Of a stretch of 64,000 bases of DNA, positions 10,403-19,655 are shown piece after piece. The position numbers and the translations under genes are program-made. Below the pieces are notes generated by a model. The model searched no databases, was not told the origin of the DNA, and was given only the letters and a program-made list of their open reading frames with translations. Every line of letters starts with the position of its first letter. Position 1 is the first letter of the stretch. Source of the DNA: a virus; the IMG/VR virus record IMGVR_UViG_3300021197_001602, positions 15,636 through 79,635 of that record; one strand, given 5' to 3'.

Positions 10403-10855
10403 ATGAGTAGTCAGGTAAAGAGTGGAAATACGGTTAGTGTGCACTATGTTGGTACATTGAACGATGGAACTGAGTTTGATAGCTCCCGAGCACGAGGCGA
10501 AGCAATGTCCTTCACGGTGGGCTCGGGACAGTTGATTGCTGGGTTTGACCAAGCGGTCCACGGTATGGCGATTGGCGAGACGAAGAATATTACCTTGTCT
10601 CCAGAGGAAGCGTATGGTCCGTTGCAGGAAGGGTTGACTCAGACTGTACCACAGAATGCATTCCCAGAGGGATTCAGCTTTACGGTTGGAAATCAGGTAA
10701 TGGGTCAAGGCGAAGGTGGAGCACCCGTTGTTGCAACCATTAAGGAGGTTCAGGGAAATGAAATTATTCTTGATATGAACCACCCAATGGCGGGCAAGAC
10801 GCTGAACTTCGATATTGAACTTGTCAGCATCGAAGGTACTACCGAAGAGGGATAA
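10403..10855 (+). CDS. FKBP-type peptidyl-prolyl isomerase (SlyD/FkpB-like)
   Basis: VHYVGTLNDGTEFDSS...LIAGFD...PEEAYG...DMNHPMAGKTLNFDIE. Confidence 0.95.
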   Translation: MSSQVKSGNTVSVHYVGTLNDGTEFDSSRARGEAMSFTVGSGQLIAGFDQAVHGMAIGETKNITLSPEEAYGPLQEGLTQTVPQNAFPEGFSFTVGNQVMGQGEGGAPVVATIKEVQGNEIILDMNHPMAGKTLNFDIELVSIEGTTEEG

Positions 10856-10865
10856 GAAATTATCA

Positions 10866-10900
10866 AAACCGCAGGAAGGCACGGGTTTACAGGTGCCTTA
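10866..10900 (+). repeat. Intergenic structured repeat copy 2 (covariant)
   Basis: AAACCGCAGGAAGGCACGGGTTTACAGGTGCCTTA; same architecture with compensatory changes. Confidence 0.8.
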
Positions 10901-10940
10901 CTTTTATAGATAAATACTTTTATACGAAAAGGAGGAAAAG

Positions 10941-11216
10941 ATGAAGAACATTATGTTTATTTTGCTGTGTGGCTTTGGTGCCGTGAGTTTCATGACTGCT
11001 TGTGAAGACAAGGGGTCTGATGATACCGCCGTCGAGGTAGATGCGGAAGTATCTGATAGTGGCGAAGCAGGCGAAGCTGGTGAAGGCGGAGAGGCTGGAG
11101 ACAGTGGAGACAGTGGAGAGGCTGGAGAGGCTGGAGACAGCGGAGACTCAGCAGATTCAGGCGAAGGCGGGGCATCTGACACAGGTGACGCAGACGCAGA
11201 GTCGAGCGAAGATTAG
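10941..11216 (+). CDS. Acidic lipoprotein with Gly-X-Y repeats
   Basis: RBS GGAGG; signal peptide ending MTAC; (GEA/GDS)n. Confidence 0.7.
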   Translation: MKNIMFILLCGFGAVSFMTACEDKGSDDTAVEVDAEVSDSGEAGEAGEGGEAGDSGDSGEAGEAGDSGDSADSGEGGASDTGDADAESSED

Positions 11217-11225
11217 TATTATTAC

Positions 11226-11263
11226 TACCCACAGGGGGGCACAGGGTTATCGGGTGTCCCAAT
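11226..11263 (+). repeat. Intergenic structured repeat copy 3
   Basis: TACCCACAGGGGGGCACAGGGTTATCGGGTGTCCCAAT. Confidence 0.9.
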
Positions 11264-11294
11264 CTCATTATCGATATTTAAAACGGAGTAAGCT

Positions 11295-12419
11295 ATGGCA
11301 GCAAAGAAAGTAACAAAAGCAGGTAAGTTATCAATCGCTGATATGCGAAAGATGATTAATAAAAGGGCAGGCTCAGATGTTGCCTATGACCTAACTCAGG
11401 ACAACCCAACTGAAGTCAAAGAGTGGATTCCAACGGGTGCTCGATGGCTGGATAGTATCGTTTGTCGTGGACAACTCGCAGGAATTCCAGTAGGAAAGTT
11501 TACTGAAATCGCAGGCTTGGAATCCACAGGCAAGTCTTATATGGCAGCCCAGATTGCTGCGAATGCTCAAAAGATGGGAATCGATGTGGTCTACTTTGAC
11601 GCAGAGTCTGCCATTGACCCGACATTCCTTGAGAAGACTGGCTGCGACCTGGAGAGGCTGCTTTATGTTCAGGCTGAGTCAGTGGAGTTTGTCCTAGAGA
11701 CTATCGAGGATTTGCTGGCATCTTCAGAAAATAAATTATTGTTTATCTGGGACTCGCTTGCCTTAACACCAAGCATGACAGACATTGCTGGGGACTTCAA
11801 CCCTCTGTCTTCCATGGCGGTTAAGCCAAGAATCCTTTCCAAGGGAATGGCTAAGCTTGTCCAGCCGATTGCAAATGCGGGAGCTACATTGCTGGTCCTG
11901 AATCAGCTAAAGACAAACATCACCAGTAATGTGGCAGAGGCTATGACGACCCCTTACTTCACTCCAGGCGGCAAGGCTATGCACTATACCTATAGCCTGC
12001 GTGTGTGGCTGACAGGTCGAAAAGCAAAGGCTTCATTTATCATGGATGAGCACGGCTTCCGTATCGGTTCGGAAGTAAAGGTAAAGCTTGAGAAGAGTCG
12101 CTTCGGAACTCAGGGACGCCAATGTGCGTTTAAAATTCTCTGGGGAGATAATATCGGAGTGCAAGATGAAGAAAGTTGGTTAGAGGCTGTTAAGGGCTCG
12201 GAGCACCTAACATCTGGGGGCGCATGGTATACATTAGCTTATAAAGATGGTTCTACTGAAAAGTTTCAATCTTCAAACTGGATTGATAAAATCAAGGAAG
12301 AGAAGTTTCGAGCTAGAATCTTGGAGTTAATGGACGAAGAGATTATTCTTCGTTTCGACAGTCGTGAGGGTAATGCCAGCGACTACTATGATGTCACCGA
12401 CCTAGGGGGTGATAAATAA
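11295..12419 (+). CDS. recA: RecA/UvsX recombinase
   Basis: EIAGLESTGKS Walker A; YFDAESAID; IWDSLA; LNQLK; TPGGKAM. Confidence 0.92.
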   Translation: MAAKKVTKAGKLSIADMRKMINKRAGSDVAYDLTQDNPTEVKEWIPTGARWLDSIVCRGQLAGIPVGKFTEIAGLESTGKSYMAAQIAANAQKMGIDVVYFDAESAIDPTFLEKTGCDLERLLYVQAESVEFVLETIEDLLASSENKLLFIWDSLALTPSMTDIAGDFNPLSSMAVKPRILSKGMAKLVQPIANAGATLLVLNQLKTNITSNVAEAMTTPYFTPGGKAMHYTYSLRVWLTGRKAKASFIMDEHGFRIGSEVKVKLEKSRFGTQGRQCAFKILWGDNIGVQDEESWLEAVKGSEHLTSGGAWYTLAYKDGSTEKFQSSNWIDKIKEEKFRARILELMDEEIILRFDSREGNASDYYDVTDLGGDK

Positions 12420-12441
12420 GTATGTTGAGTGCTTTTTGTCC

Positions 12442-12470
12442 TTGACACCAGCCTCCGCTTATGTTACATT
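12442..12470 (+). promoter_or_regulatory. sigma70-type promoter
   Basis: TTGACA-17-TACATT with TG extension. Confidence 0.6.
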
Positions 12471-12498
12471 GTTATCATCAAGCGGGGGCTTTTTCTTT

Positions 12499-12912
12499 AT
12501 GTGCAAAGAATATCGAAGTTTGAAGATGGCTGCAAAGGTTGCAGAACAATCAGATTATGGAAAGTATAAACATGGTGCTGTTTTGGTAAAGGGAGGTTCA
12601 GTTATGAACTTTTCCTCAAACAGCAAGAATCACACCTCCTTCGGTCAGAGGTTTAGAACAGACCCAGGCATGGCAACGCATCATGCAGAGACATCTTGTG
12701 TCCTTGGTATGAACAGGGAAGCTACCGCTGGCTCCACGGTTTATGTGGCAAGAGTAAATAGAAAAGGTCAGTGGAGAATGAGCAAGCCCTGCTCAATGTG
12801 TCACGAAGTGATGAAATTTGTGGGCGTCAAAAGAGTAGTATACACAATCGCTCCAGGTGAATGGGGCACTTATAAAATCGAGGAAGAAGATGCAAAGACT
12901 GTTGGTTATTGA
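12499..12912 (+). CDS. Zn-dependent cytidine/dCMP deaminase-family protein
   Basis: KHGAVLV; HAE; SKPCSMC; start moved downstream of promoter. Confidence 0.8.
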   Translation: MCKEYRSLKMAAKVAEQSDYGKYKHGAVLVKGGSVMNFSSNSKNHTSFGQRFRTDPGMATHHAETSCVLGMNREATAGSTVYVARVNRKGQWRMSKPCSMCHEVMKFVGVKRVVYTIAPGEWGTYKIEEEDAKTVGY

Positions 12913-13840
12913 TGCTCTAAACTTGTTGTTTAGGAACTATATTGTAAACCCGAGCCTGTCCACCAATGGTCAGCCAATCGGTGGACTAAAGGGTTTCCTA
13001 CAGTCGCTACAGAAGCTGTGTAGGGAAACCAAGCCAGACCAAGTGGTTATCTGCTGGGACGGCGCTGGTGGCTCAAAGCGAAGAAAGTCGGTCGTGAAGA
13101 GCTACAAGGCTGGTCGCAAGCCGCTTCGACTGAATCGTGATATTAGAAACCTTTCAGAGGCAGAGGAAGTAGAAAATAAAATTTGGCAACAACAGAGAAT
13201 CATCGAGTATCTAAATGAGATGCCAATCATCCAGTTGGTGCTAGACGGCGTTGAAGCTGATGATATTATTTCTTTTATTGTTCAGGCACCTCACTATTCT
13301 GGTTGGCAGAAAGTTATTGTCTCCAGCGACAAAGACTTCTTTCAACTTTGCGACGACGAGACAGTCCTCTACCGACCAATTCAAAAAGAGATTTTAAATA
13401 AAAAAGCAATTGCCGAGCGAGATGGCATTCACCCTGTGAATTATGCACTTGCACGGGCAATAGCTGGCGATAAGAGTGACAACCTTCCTGGCGTCGGTCG
13501 GGTTGGCTTAAAGACCGTGGCAAATCGCTTGCCTTTCTTGTCTGAAGAAAAGTCCTATACGCTTGATTATGTTCGGGAATACTGTGAGAATGTCGAGTCT
13601 ACTGTGGCAGCTTACACAAGCATTTTGGAGAACTTCGAGCTTGTAAAATTAAATTATAAAATCATGCAACTTTATAGTCCTTCAATCCCCGCTCAGGGCA
13701 AGAGAAAGATTAACACTGCTGTTGATAATTTCGAGAACGAGTTCAATAAGACCGAGATAAGGAAGATGATGATAACGGATGGATTCGGTCATGGGAACTG
13801 GGATGAGTTATTTCAAACAATGCAGCGTTTTTGTGCTTGA
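12890..13840 (+). CDS. 5'-3' exonuclease / flap endonuclease (T4 RNase H, PolA N-terminal like)
   Basis: LLVIDALN; YKAGR; VEADDII; SSDKDFFQL; GDKSDNLPGV. Confidence 0.93.
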   Translation: MQRLLVIDALNLLFRNYIVNPSLSTNGQPIGGLKGFLQSLQKLCRETKPDQVVICWDGAGGSKRRKSVVKSYKAGRKPLRLNRDIRNLSEAEEVENKIWQQQRIIEYLNEMPIIQLVLDGVEADDIISFIVQAPHYSGWQKVIVSSDKDFFQLCDDETVLYRPIQKEILNKKAIAERDGIHPVNYALARAIAGDKSDNLPGVGRVGLKTVANRLPFLSEEKSYTLDYVREYCENVESTVAAYTSILENFELVKLNYKIMQLYSPSIPAQGKRKINTAVDNFENEFNKTEIRKMMITDGFGHGNWDELFQTMQRFCA

Positions 13841-13865
13841 CAAATGAATAAGATTGATATATACT
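13837..13865 (+). promoter_or_regulatory. sigma70-type promoter
   Basis: TTGACA-17-TATACT. Confidence 0.75.
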
Positions 13866-13883
13866 GTATAAAAAGGAGTAGAA

Positions 13884-15272
13884 ATGGGTGCAGCAATGGC
13901 TGAAGAAAGAAGTGACTTTTCACATTATGGTCCGAGATTCCAAGAGGGTTTGGCACAATTAATTTTAGACGACAGAGTATTTGCCGACCAGATTAGCGAA
14001 GTTTTAGACTACGAGTTTTTAGAATCGAAATATCTAAAAGAGTTTGTATCTAAGGTTTTCCAATACAGGGATAAATACGGGAAACACCCGTCGAGAGATA
14101 CGATGGCAACCATCGTGCGCTCCGAGTTCGAAACTGCCAACGAGGTTACTCGAACTCAGATAAGAGATTATTTTGCTAGAGTATATGCAAGCTCAACAGA
14201 TGTTGACGGCGCAGAGCACATTAAAGAGGTGTCGCTTGACTTCTGTAGAAAGCAGAAGCTTAAGAGCGCCATGCTGAAGTGTGTTGGTCTTATTAAGAAT
14301 TCGAGCTTTGATGAAATTAGCAAGACCATCAATGACGCATTGAACCTCGGGTCCGACAACGATGCTGGGTATGATTATATTATTGACTTTGAGAAGAGAT
14401 TCCAGATTAAGTCGAGGAATCCTGTTAGCACAGGGTGGCAACAAGTCGACTCGATTAGTCGAGGCGGGCTAGGCTCGGGAGAGCTTGGCGTTTGCATCGC
14501 TCCAACTGGAGCAGGAAAGTCTATGGCTCTCGTCCACTTGGGTGCGCAAGCCATTCAAGAGGGAAAGACTGTCGTCCATTATACTCTGGAGTTGGCTGAC
14601 ACGGTTGTTGCGACCAGATATGACAGTTGCATCACTGGCATCCCTCTTACAAATACATTTGCGAATAAAGACAAGATTTACGATGCAATTAAAGAAGTTG
14701 AGGGTCATCTTATAGTAAAAGAATATCCTACAAAGTCAGCTACGACCAAGACCATTGAAAACCACTTGGAGAAGCTGGTTCGCCGTGGACATGATATCGG
14801 AATGGTCATTGTAGACTATGCTGACCTACTCCGACCAGTGAGCGCACAACGAGAGAAGAGAAATGAGTTGGAGTCAATCTACGAAGAACTCAGGGGCATG
14901 TCTCAAATCTATGGCTGCCCAGTCTGGACGGCATCTCAAACCAACAGGAGTGGCTTGAACGCAGAGGTCATCACAATGGAAGCAATCTCTGAGGCTTACA
15001 ATAAGTGCTTTGTTGCAGACTTTATCTTCTCCCTTTCCAGAACCATTGAAGATAAGGTCGCTAACGAGGGTCGCATCTTTATTGCAAAGAATAGAAATGG
15101 TCCAGACGGCATCGTGTATCCTATTTTTATGGATACTGCAAATGTAAAAATTAAAGTTATGGGTGGCAATGGCACGACCCCAGGTCAGTTAGCATCCCAG
15201 ACAACCAAGCAGCAAGCTCAGACGCTGAAAGATAAATATAAAAACTTTAGAACGACAGGTAAAGGAAAATAA
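13884..15272 (+). CDS. Replicative DnaB-like (gp41-like) helicase
   Basis: APTGAGKS; HYTLEL; IVDYADLL; WTASQTNR; AKNRNG. Confidence 0.9.
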   Translation: MGAAMAEERSDFSHYGPRFQEGLAQLILDDRVFADQISEVLDYEFLESKYLKEFVSKVFQYRDKYGKHPSRDTMATIVRSEFETANEVTRTQIRDYFARVYASSTDVDGAEHIKEVSLDFCRKQKLKSAMLKCVGLIKNSSFDEISKTINDALNLGSDNDAGYDYIIDFEKRFQIKSRNPVSTGWQQVDSISRGGLGSGELGVCIAPTGAGKSMALVHLGAQAIQEGKTVVHYTLELADTVVATRYDSCITGIPLTNTFANKDKIYDAIKEVEGHLIVKEYPTKSATTKTIENHLEKLVRRGHDIGMVIVDYADLLRPVSAQREKRNELESIYEELRGMSQIYGCPVWTASQTNRSGLNAEVITMEAISEAYNKCFVADFIFSLSRTIEDKVANEGRIFIAKNRNGPDGIVYPIFMDTANVKIKVMGGNGTTPGQLASQTTKQQAQTLKDKYKNFRTTGKGK

Positions 15273-15275
15273 ATA

Positions 15276-17708
15276 ATGTATACAGAGGAACAGGTTCGTG
15301 AAGCGACCTTAGACTACTTCAACGGCGACGAACTCGCCACAAATGTCTTTATGACCAAATACTGCCTTAAGGATACCAAGGGGCAGTTCGTCGAGAAGAC
15401 TCCACTTGATATGCATAGGCGCATGGCGAGTGAGTTTGCACGAATGGAAGCCAAGCATGGTGGTCCTCGTGCCCTTACAGAAGAAAAGATTATGAGTTAT
15501 TTCGATAACTTTAAATATATTGTTCCGCAGGGCTCACCAATGATGGGGATTGGAAATGACTATGTTAATGTGTCGCTGTCCAATTGTGTCGTTGTTGAAT
15601 CTCCCGCAGACAATATCTCTTCTATCGTAAATGCTGGACGAGACTTGGGGAATCTATTCAAGCGCCGATGTGGCGTCGGGCTGGACCTCTCGGAACTGCG
15701 ACCAGACGGAACCCCAGTTAACAATTCGGCTGGAACAACCACTGGAGCATGGTCGTTTGCAGACTTTTATTCATATGTCTGTAGGATGATTGGGCAAAAC
15801 GGTCGCCGTGGAGCCCTCATGATTACCATGGATGTTCGACACCCCGATATCGAGAGCTTCGTTACCATGAAGCACGACCTTACGAAGGTTACAGGTGCAA
15901 ATGTGTCAGTAAAAATTACTGATGATTTTATGAGAGCAGTCGAGGCTGGTGAAAAATTTAATTTACATTTCCCCATCGGCTCCGATGCACCGAAGTATAC
16001 AAAAGAGGTGGAAGCGACGACACTCTGGGCAGCAATCGTAGATTCTGCAACAAAGACTGCCGAGCCAGGATTGTTGATGTGGGACAATATTGTTAAGAAT
16101 CTTCCTGCCAATGAATATGCAGAAGATGGCTTTGCTACGATTTGCACAAACCCTTGTGCTGAGATTCCACTATCTGCATACGACTCGTGCCGCTTGATTT
16201 CAATCAATCTTAAGAACTTTGTTGAGAAGCCCTTTCAGGATGATGCAGAATTTAATTATTCTAAGTTTACCGAGGTGGTATCGTCTGCAATGAGATTGTC
16301 AGACGACTTGGTTGACCTTGAGCTTGAAAAGTTGGCAAGGATTATTGAAGCATCCGACACGGTAGACGAAAAAGAACTGTGGTCTAAGTTGTTTGCCGCT
16401 GCCCGAGATGGTCGCAGAACTGGTCTTGGTACTCACGGCTTGGCTGATGCCTTAGCTTGCTTGGGTATTGCATACGACTCCGAGCAATCCATCGCCGCAG
16501 TATCAAGTATCTATGGTTGCTTGAGAGATGTGGCATATCGAGAGAGCATGAGCCTTGCAACAGAAAGAGGTTCGTTCCCTGTCTTCTCGTGGAATAAAGA
16601 AAAGAATAATGAATTCATCCAGCGCCTGCCCGAGTCCTTGAAGGAAGATATTGCTGCCCATGGCAGGAGAAACATTTCAATCTTGACAAATGCGCCCACG
16701 GGCTCAGTGTCGATTCTTTCTCAAACTTCATCGGGATTGGAGCCAGTCTTTCGCAACTCTTATATTAGACGGAGAAAGCTGGGACATGACGAGTTAGATG
16801 TTCAGGCGGACTTCGTAGATGACCTAGGCGACAGGTGGAAAGAATTTGAAGTCTTCCACCACAATGTTCAGCAATGGAGAGGTCTCCAAAAGGTTGCCAA
16901 TTCTGAATTACCAGCATTCTTTGTCGAGTCTGACCAGATTGACTGGGAGCGTCGAGTTGAAATTCAGCAAGCTATTCAGGATAATATTGACCATGCCATT
17001 TCTTCGACCATTAACTTGCCCGCTGGGACCGAACCGTCCGTGGTTGGCAACTTATATCTCGAAGGCTGGCGTCGTGGCTTGAAGGGAATCACTGTTTATG
17101 TGGATGGCTCCCGTTCTGGTGTACTGGTCACTGCTGACGAGGCAAAGCAGACTGGGGAGTCTTTCCCCCAGCACAGCGCCCCTAAGCGCCCTGAGCAGCT
17201 TGAGTGCGATATTCACCACACAACCATTAAGGGTGACAAATGGGTCGTCCTTGTTGGGCTCATGGATGGCAAGCCTTATGAGGTCTTGGCTGGAGAAGCC
17301 AGCATGATTGAGATACCCAAGCGTTATGACAAGGGTCAACTCTCGAAGCAGACATTTAAGACAAGAAATAACAGATATGACTTGACATTTGGATACAATG
17401 GTGATAGTATTACTGTGAAAGATGTGGTGAAGGCATTTGATAACCCTTCTAACGCCGCTTTCACGAGAATGATTTCGCTAAGTTTGCGTCACGGAGCAGA
17501 GCCTAAGTTTATGGTTGAGCAGTTACAAAAGGACAAAGAGAGTGACATGTTTAGTTTCTCTCGCTGCGTGTCCCGTATTCTGAAGACTTATATTTGCGAT
17601 GGCGAAACTCCCAGTGACAAGTCTTGTGAGGAGTGTGGAGCAGAGGCTCTCATTTATCAAGACGGCTGCGTGACCTGCACATCCTGTGGTTATGCGAAGT
17701 GCGGATAA
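15276..17708 (+). CDS. nrdJ: Class II (B12-dependent) ribonucleotide reductase
   Basis: SLSNC; TNPCAEI; APTGS; KGITVYVDGSR; C-terminal CEEC...CTSCGYAKC; no beta subunit nearby. Confidence 0.88.
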   Translation: MYTEEQVREATLDYFNGDELATNVFMTKYCLKDTKGQFVEKTPLDMHRRMASEFARMEAKHGGPRALTEEKIMSYFDNFKYIVPQGSPMMGIGNDYVNVSLSNCVVVESPADNISSIVNAGRDLGNLFKRRCGVGLDLSELRPDGTPVNNSAGTTTGAWSFADFYSYVCRMIGQNGRRGALMITMDVRHPDIESFVTMKHDLTKVTGANVSVKITDDFMRAVEAGEKFNLHFPIGSDAPKYTKEVEATTLWAAIVDSATKTAEPGLLMWDNIVKNLPANEYAEDGFATICTNPCAEIPLSAYDSCRLISINLKNFVEKPFQDDAEFNYSKFTEVVSSAMRLSDDLVDLELEKLARIIEASDTVDEKELWSKLFAAARDGRRTGLGTHGLADALACLGIAYDSEQSIAAVSSIYGCLRDVAYRESMSLATERGSFPVFSWNKEKNNEFIQRLPESLKEDIAAHGRRNISILTNAPTGSVSILSQTSSGLEPVFRNSYIRRRKLGHDELDVQADFVDDLGDRWKEFEVFHHNVQQWRGLQKVANSELPAFFVESDQIDWERRVEIQQAIQDNIDHAISSTINLPAGTEPSVVGNLYLEGWRRGLKGITVYVDGSRSGVLVTADEAKQTGESFPQHSAPKRPEQLECDIHHTTIKGDKWVVLVGLMDGKPYEVLAGEASMIEIPKRYDKGQLSKQTFKTRNNRYDLTFGYNGDSITVKDVVKAFDNPSNAAFTRMISLSLRHGAEPKFMVEQLQKDKESDMFSFSRCVSRILKTYICDGETPSDKSCEECGAEALIYQDGCVTCTSCGYAKCG

Positions 17709-17724
17709 AAAAATAAAAAAGTAC

Positions 17725-17753
17725 TTGACAAACAGTTCTAAATGAGTTATATT
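17725..17753 (+). promoter_or_regulatory. sigma70-type promoter
   Basis: TTGACA-17-TATATT after A-tracts. Confidence 0.8.
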
Positions 17754-17784
17754 AGTGTCACAACCAACAATGAAGGAGAAAACA

Positions 17785-18057
17785 ATGGTTGACAACAACA
17801 ACGGTGCAGAAAACAATGGCGAGGACACTTTTGAAGAAAAGGTCGTCAATTATATCAAGTCGCTCGCTGCGATTGAAGAAGCCATGGAGCCCTTCAAAGA
17901 ACAAAAGCGAGCACTCAAGGGCAACTATGTCGAAAACGGCTGGTTGACCAAGGAGGACATCAGCATGGCTGTGAAGGCGTTTCGTCTTGTCAAGGACAAT
18001 ACGGACCCAGAACAACTGATGGACTATTACAATACTGTAAAAACTATCAAACCATAA
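17785..18057 (+). CDS. Small coiled-coil protein, possibly GapR/T4 DsbA-like DNA-binding
   Basis: YIKSLAAIEEAMEPFKEQKRALK...AVKAFRL; RBS AAGGAG. Confidence 0.45.
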   Translation: MVDNNNGAENNGEDTFEEKVVNYIKSLAAIEEAMEPFKEQKRALKGNYVENGWLTKEDISMAVKAFRLVKDNTDPEQLMDYYNTVKTIKP

Positions 18058-18067
18058 GAGGAGAACC

Positions 18068-18337
18068 ATGAAGCCTTTAAACCGACATTTGAAGGTAACC
18101 GTGGCTACGGACGACACCCAGTCAGATAACGACTCGGGTGTCGTCTTGCCTAATGGTTACAAAATTGACAATCCGTGGACAACTGCGACTGTTATTGAGG
18201 CTAGTGATGATTGTACTCACTCAGACCTGACGGGTGCAACGGTCATCTTTCAAACCAACATGCTCGTTGATGTAAACACTGAGGGCGCAACCCACAGTTT
18301 TGTTCAAGAAAACTATATTGTGTGTTATAGCAAGTAA
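18068..18337 (+). CDS. groES: Co-chaperonin GroES-like
   Basis: MKPLNRHLKV...SGVVLP...ATVIE...FVQENYIV. Confidence 0.7.
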   Translation: MKPLNRHLKVTVATDDTQSDNDSGVVLPNGYKIDNPWTTATVIEASDDCTHSDLTGATVIFQTNMLVDVNTEGATHSFVQENYIVCYSK

Positions 18338-18366
18338 GACCAGTTGCTGCAAAGGGGAAACGAATT

Positions 18367-18891
18367 GTGGATTTATCTAGCGTTATATGCGCCGTAATGA
18401 TGGCAACAAACATGTGGAATGCCGAGACAGCTTGTAAACATATGGATACAGTGGTCGAGGCTTCACAAGAATATAATGTTCCAGCAGAATTGATGAACGC
18501 TCTTATCTTAACTGAAAGTGCATGGTCCCCAGCAGCGGTTAGCCACGCTGGAGCCTGTGGTCTAACTCAGGTCATGCCGAAATACACTGGTGGCGGAGCA
18601 ACTGGTGGCGTGAAATACACCTGCAAACAATTGACTTCGAATCCAGAGCTTTCGATACGCCTCGGTACTAGAGTCTATCGATATTGGCTAACCAAGTATG
18701 CAAAGTGCCGAACCAAAGAGTGCAGCAAATCCCAGCATCGAATCGCACTCTGCGGGTACAATGCTGGGTATCGCTGCAAAGGGGAGAGCCCCAACAAGCA
18801 TGGTATGAGTTACGCCAAGAAGGTGCTTGAAAGGGCAGCGAGGCTTTCACGGCTCATCCGTCGCCACAAAGCCACACATAAGGTAGACTAA
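18367..18891 (+). CDS. Lytic transglycosylase (SLT domain)
   Basis: ALILTESAW; AVSHAGACGLTQVMP; ALCGYNAG. Confidence 0.88.
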   Translation: MDLSSVICAVMMATNMWNAETACKHMDTVVEASQEYNVPAELMNALILTESAWSPAAVSHAGACGLTQVMPKYTGGGATGGVKYTCKQLTSNPELSIRLGTRVYRYWLTKYAKCRTKECSKSQHRIALCGYNAGYRCKGESPNKHGMSYAKKVLERAARLSRLIRRHKATHKVD

Positions 18892-19655
18892 TGCAAAGGG
18901 TGGTTCTGGGGGCAGATATTAACGCACTAAGATATGCCTTCGAGCATGGCTTGCCACTGCTTTATGTTGACCCCAAGAAGCCCCACCACCTTTCTGAAGA
19001 CCTGTGCGAGTGGCACCACTTATACTGGTGCCTTTCGCTTGCGGGAAAGATTATTTTCGCCAACATGGTCACTTCAATCACTGCCAATCCAGATTCTGGT
19101 TCATTAAAAGTTATTTATAATAATAGAACAAGAACTTTCGAGGGCATCGATAAATTTTATATTTTTGATGAGTCCAAGATTGCTGGCTTGCCCGCCTCAA
19201 TAAGAATGTCCACAGGTGTCGTTGAAGTCCTTGACTGGATTAATGTAAGGAGCGGCATGAAGCACGAGCACGATAAGATAGAGAACTCTTCCCAGTTTAT
19301 GAAGACTATATTGTTTTACCCGACTCTCAGAATTGATGGAAACCACGACCTAAAAGATATTTGTGTAAAGAGTTACTTGACCGACACAGAGGTTAATCAA
19401 TTTGAGCACTCTGAACTTGTTGTTAAGATAAAAACACAAGAAGCGATGAAGGCAGTCGGTATCAGGGGCGCAGGAAATGGCGTGGGAAAGTTTCTCTCCA
19501 TAAAGCTTGAATCAGACAGGCGAGAAATTAATCCACTGGGACACCCAGTCTACAGCGACCTTCCAGAGAATTTAATCTTTAGACCTAGCGCACAGTCCTC
19601 GAAGTCTTCAGATGATTATTTAAATATTTTAATGCGTGAGGTTAACTTTGATTGA
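18891..19655 (+). CDS. Hypothetical protein with degenerate Rossmann-like N-terminus
   Basis: RVVLGADINALRYA. Confidence 0.5.
   Translation: MQRVVLGADINALRYAFEHGLPLLYVDPKKPHHLSEDLCEWHHLYWCLSLAGKIIFANMVTSITANPDSGSLKVIYNNRTRTFEGIDKFYIFDESKIAGLPASIRMSTGVVEVLDWINVRSGMKHEHDKIENSSQFMKTILFYPTLRIDGNHDLKDICVKSYLTDTEVNQFEHSELVVKIKTQEAMKAVGIRGAGNGVGKFLSIKLESDRREINPLGHPVYSDLPENLIFRPSAQSSKSSDDYLNILMREVNFD

Noticed and set aside
10334-11263. Known riboswitch (guanidine-III, ZTP, SAM-II/V) or simple terminators
   Set aside because: Diagnostic conserved nucleotides are missing; only copy 1 has a convincing T-run
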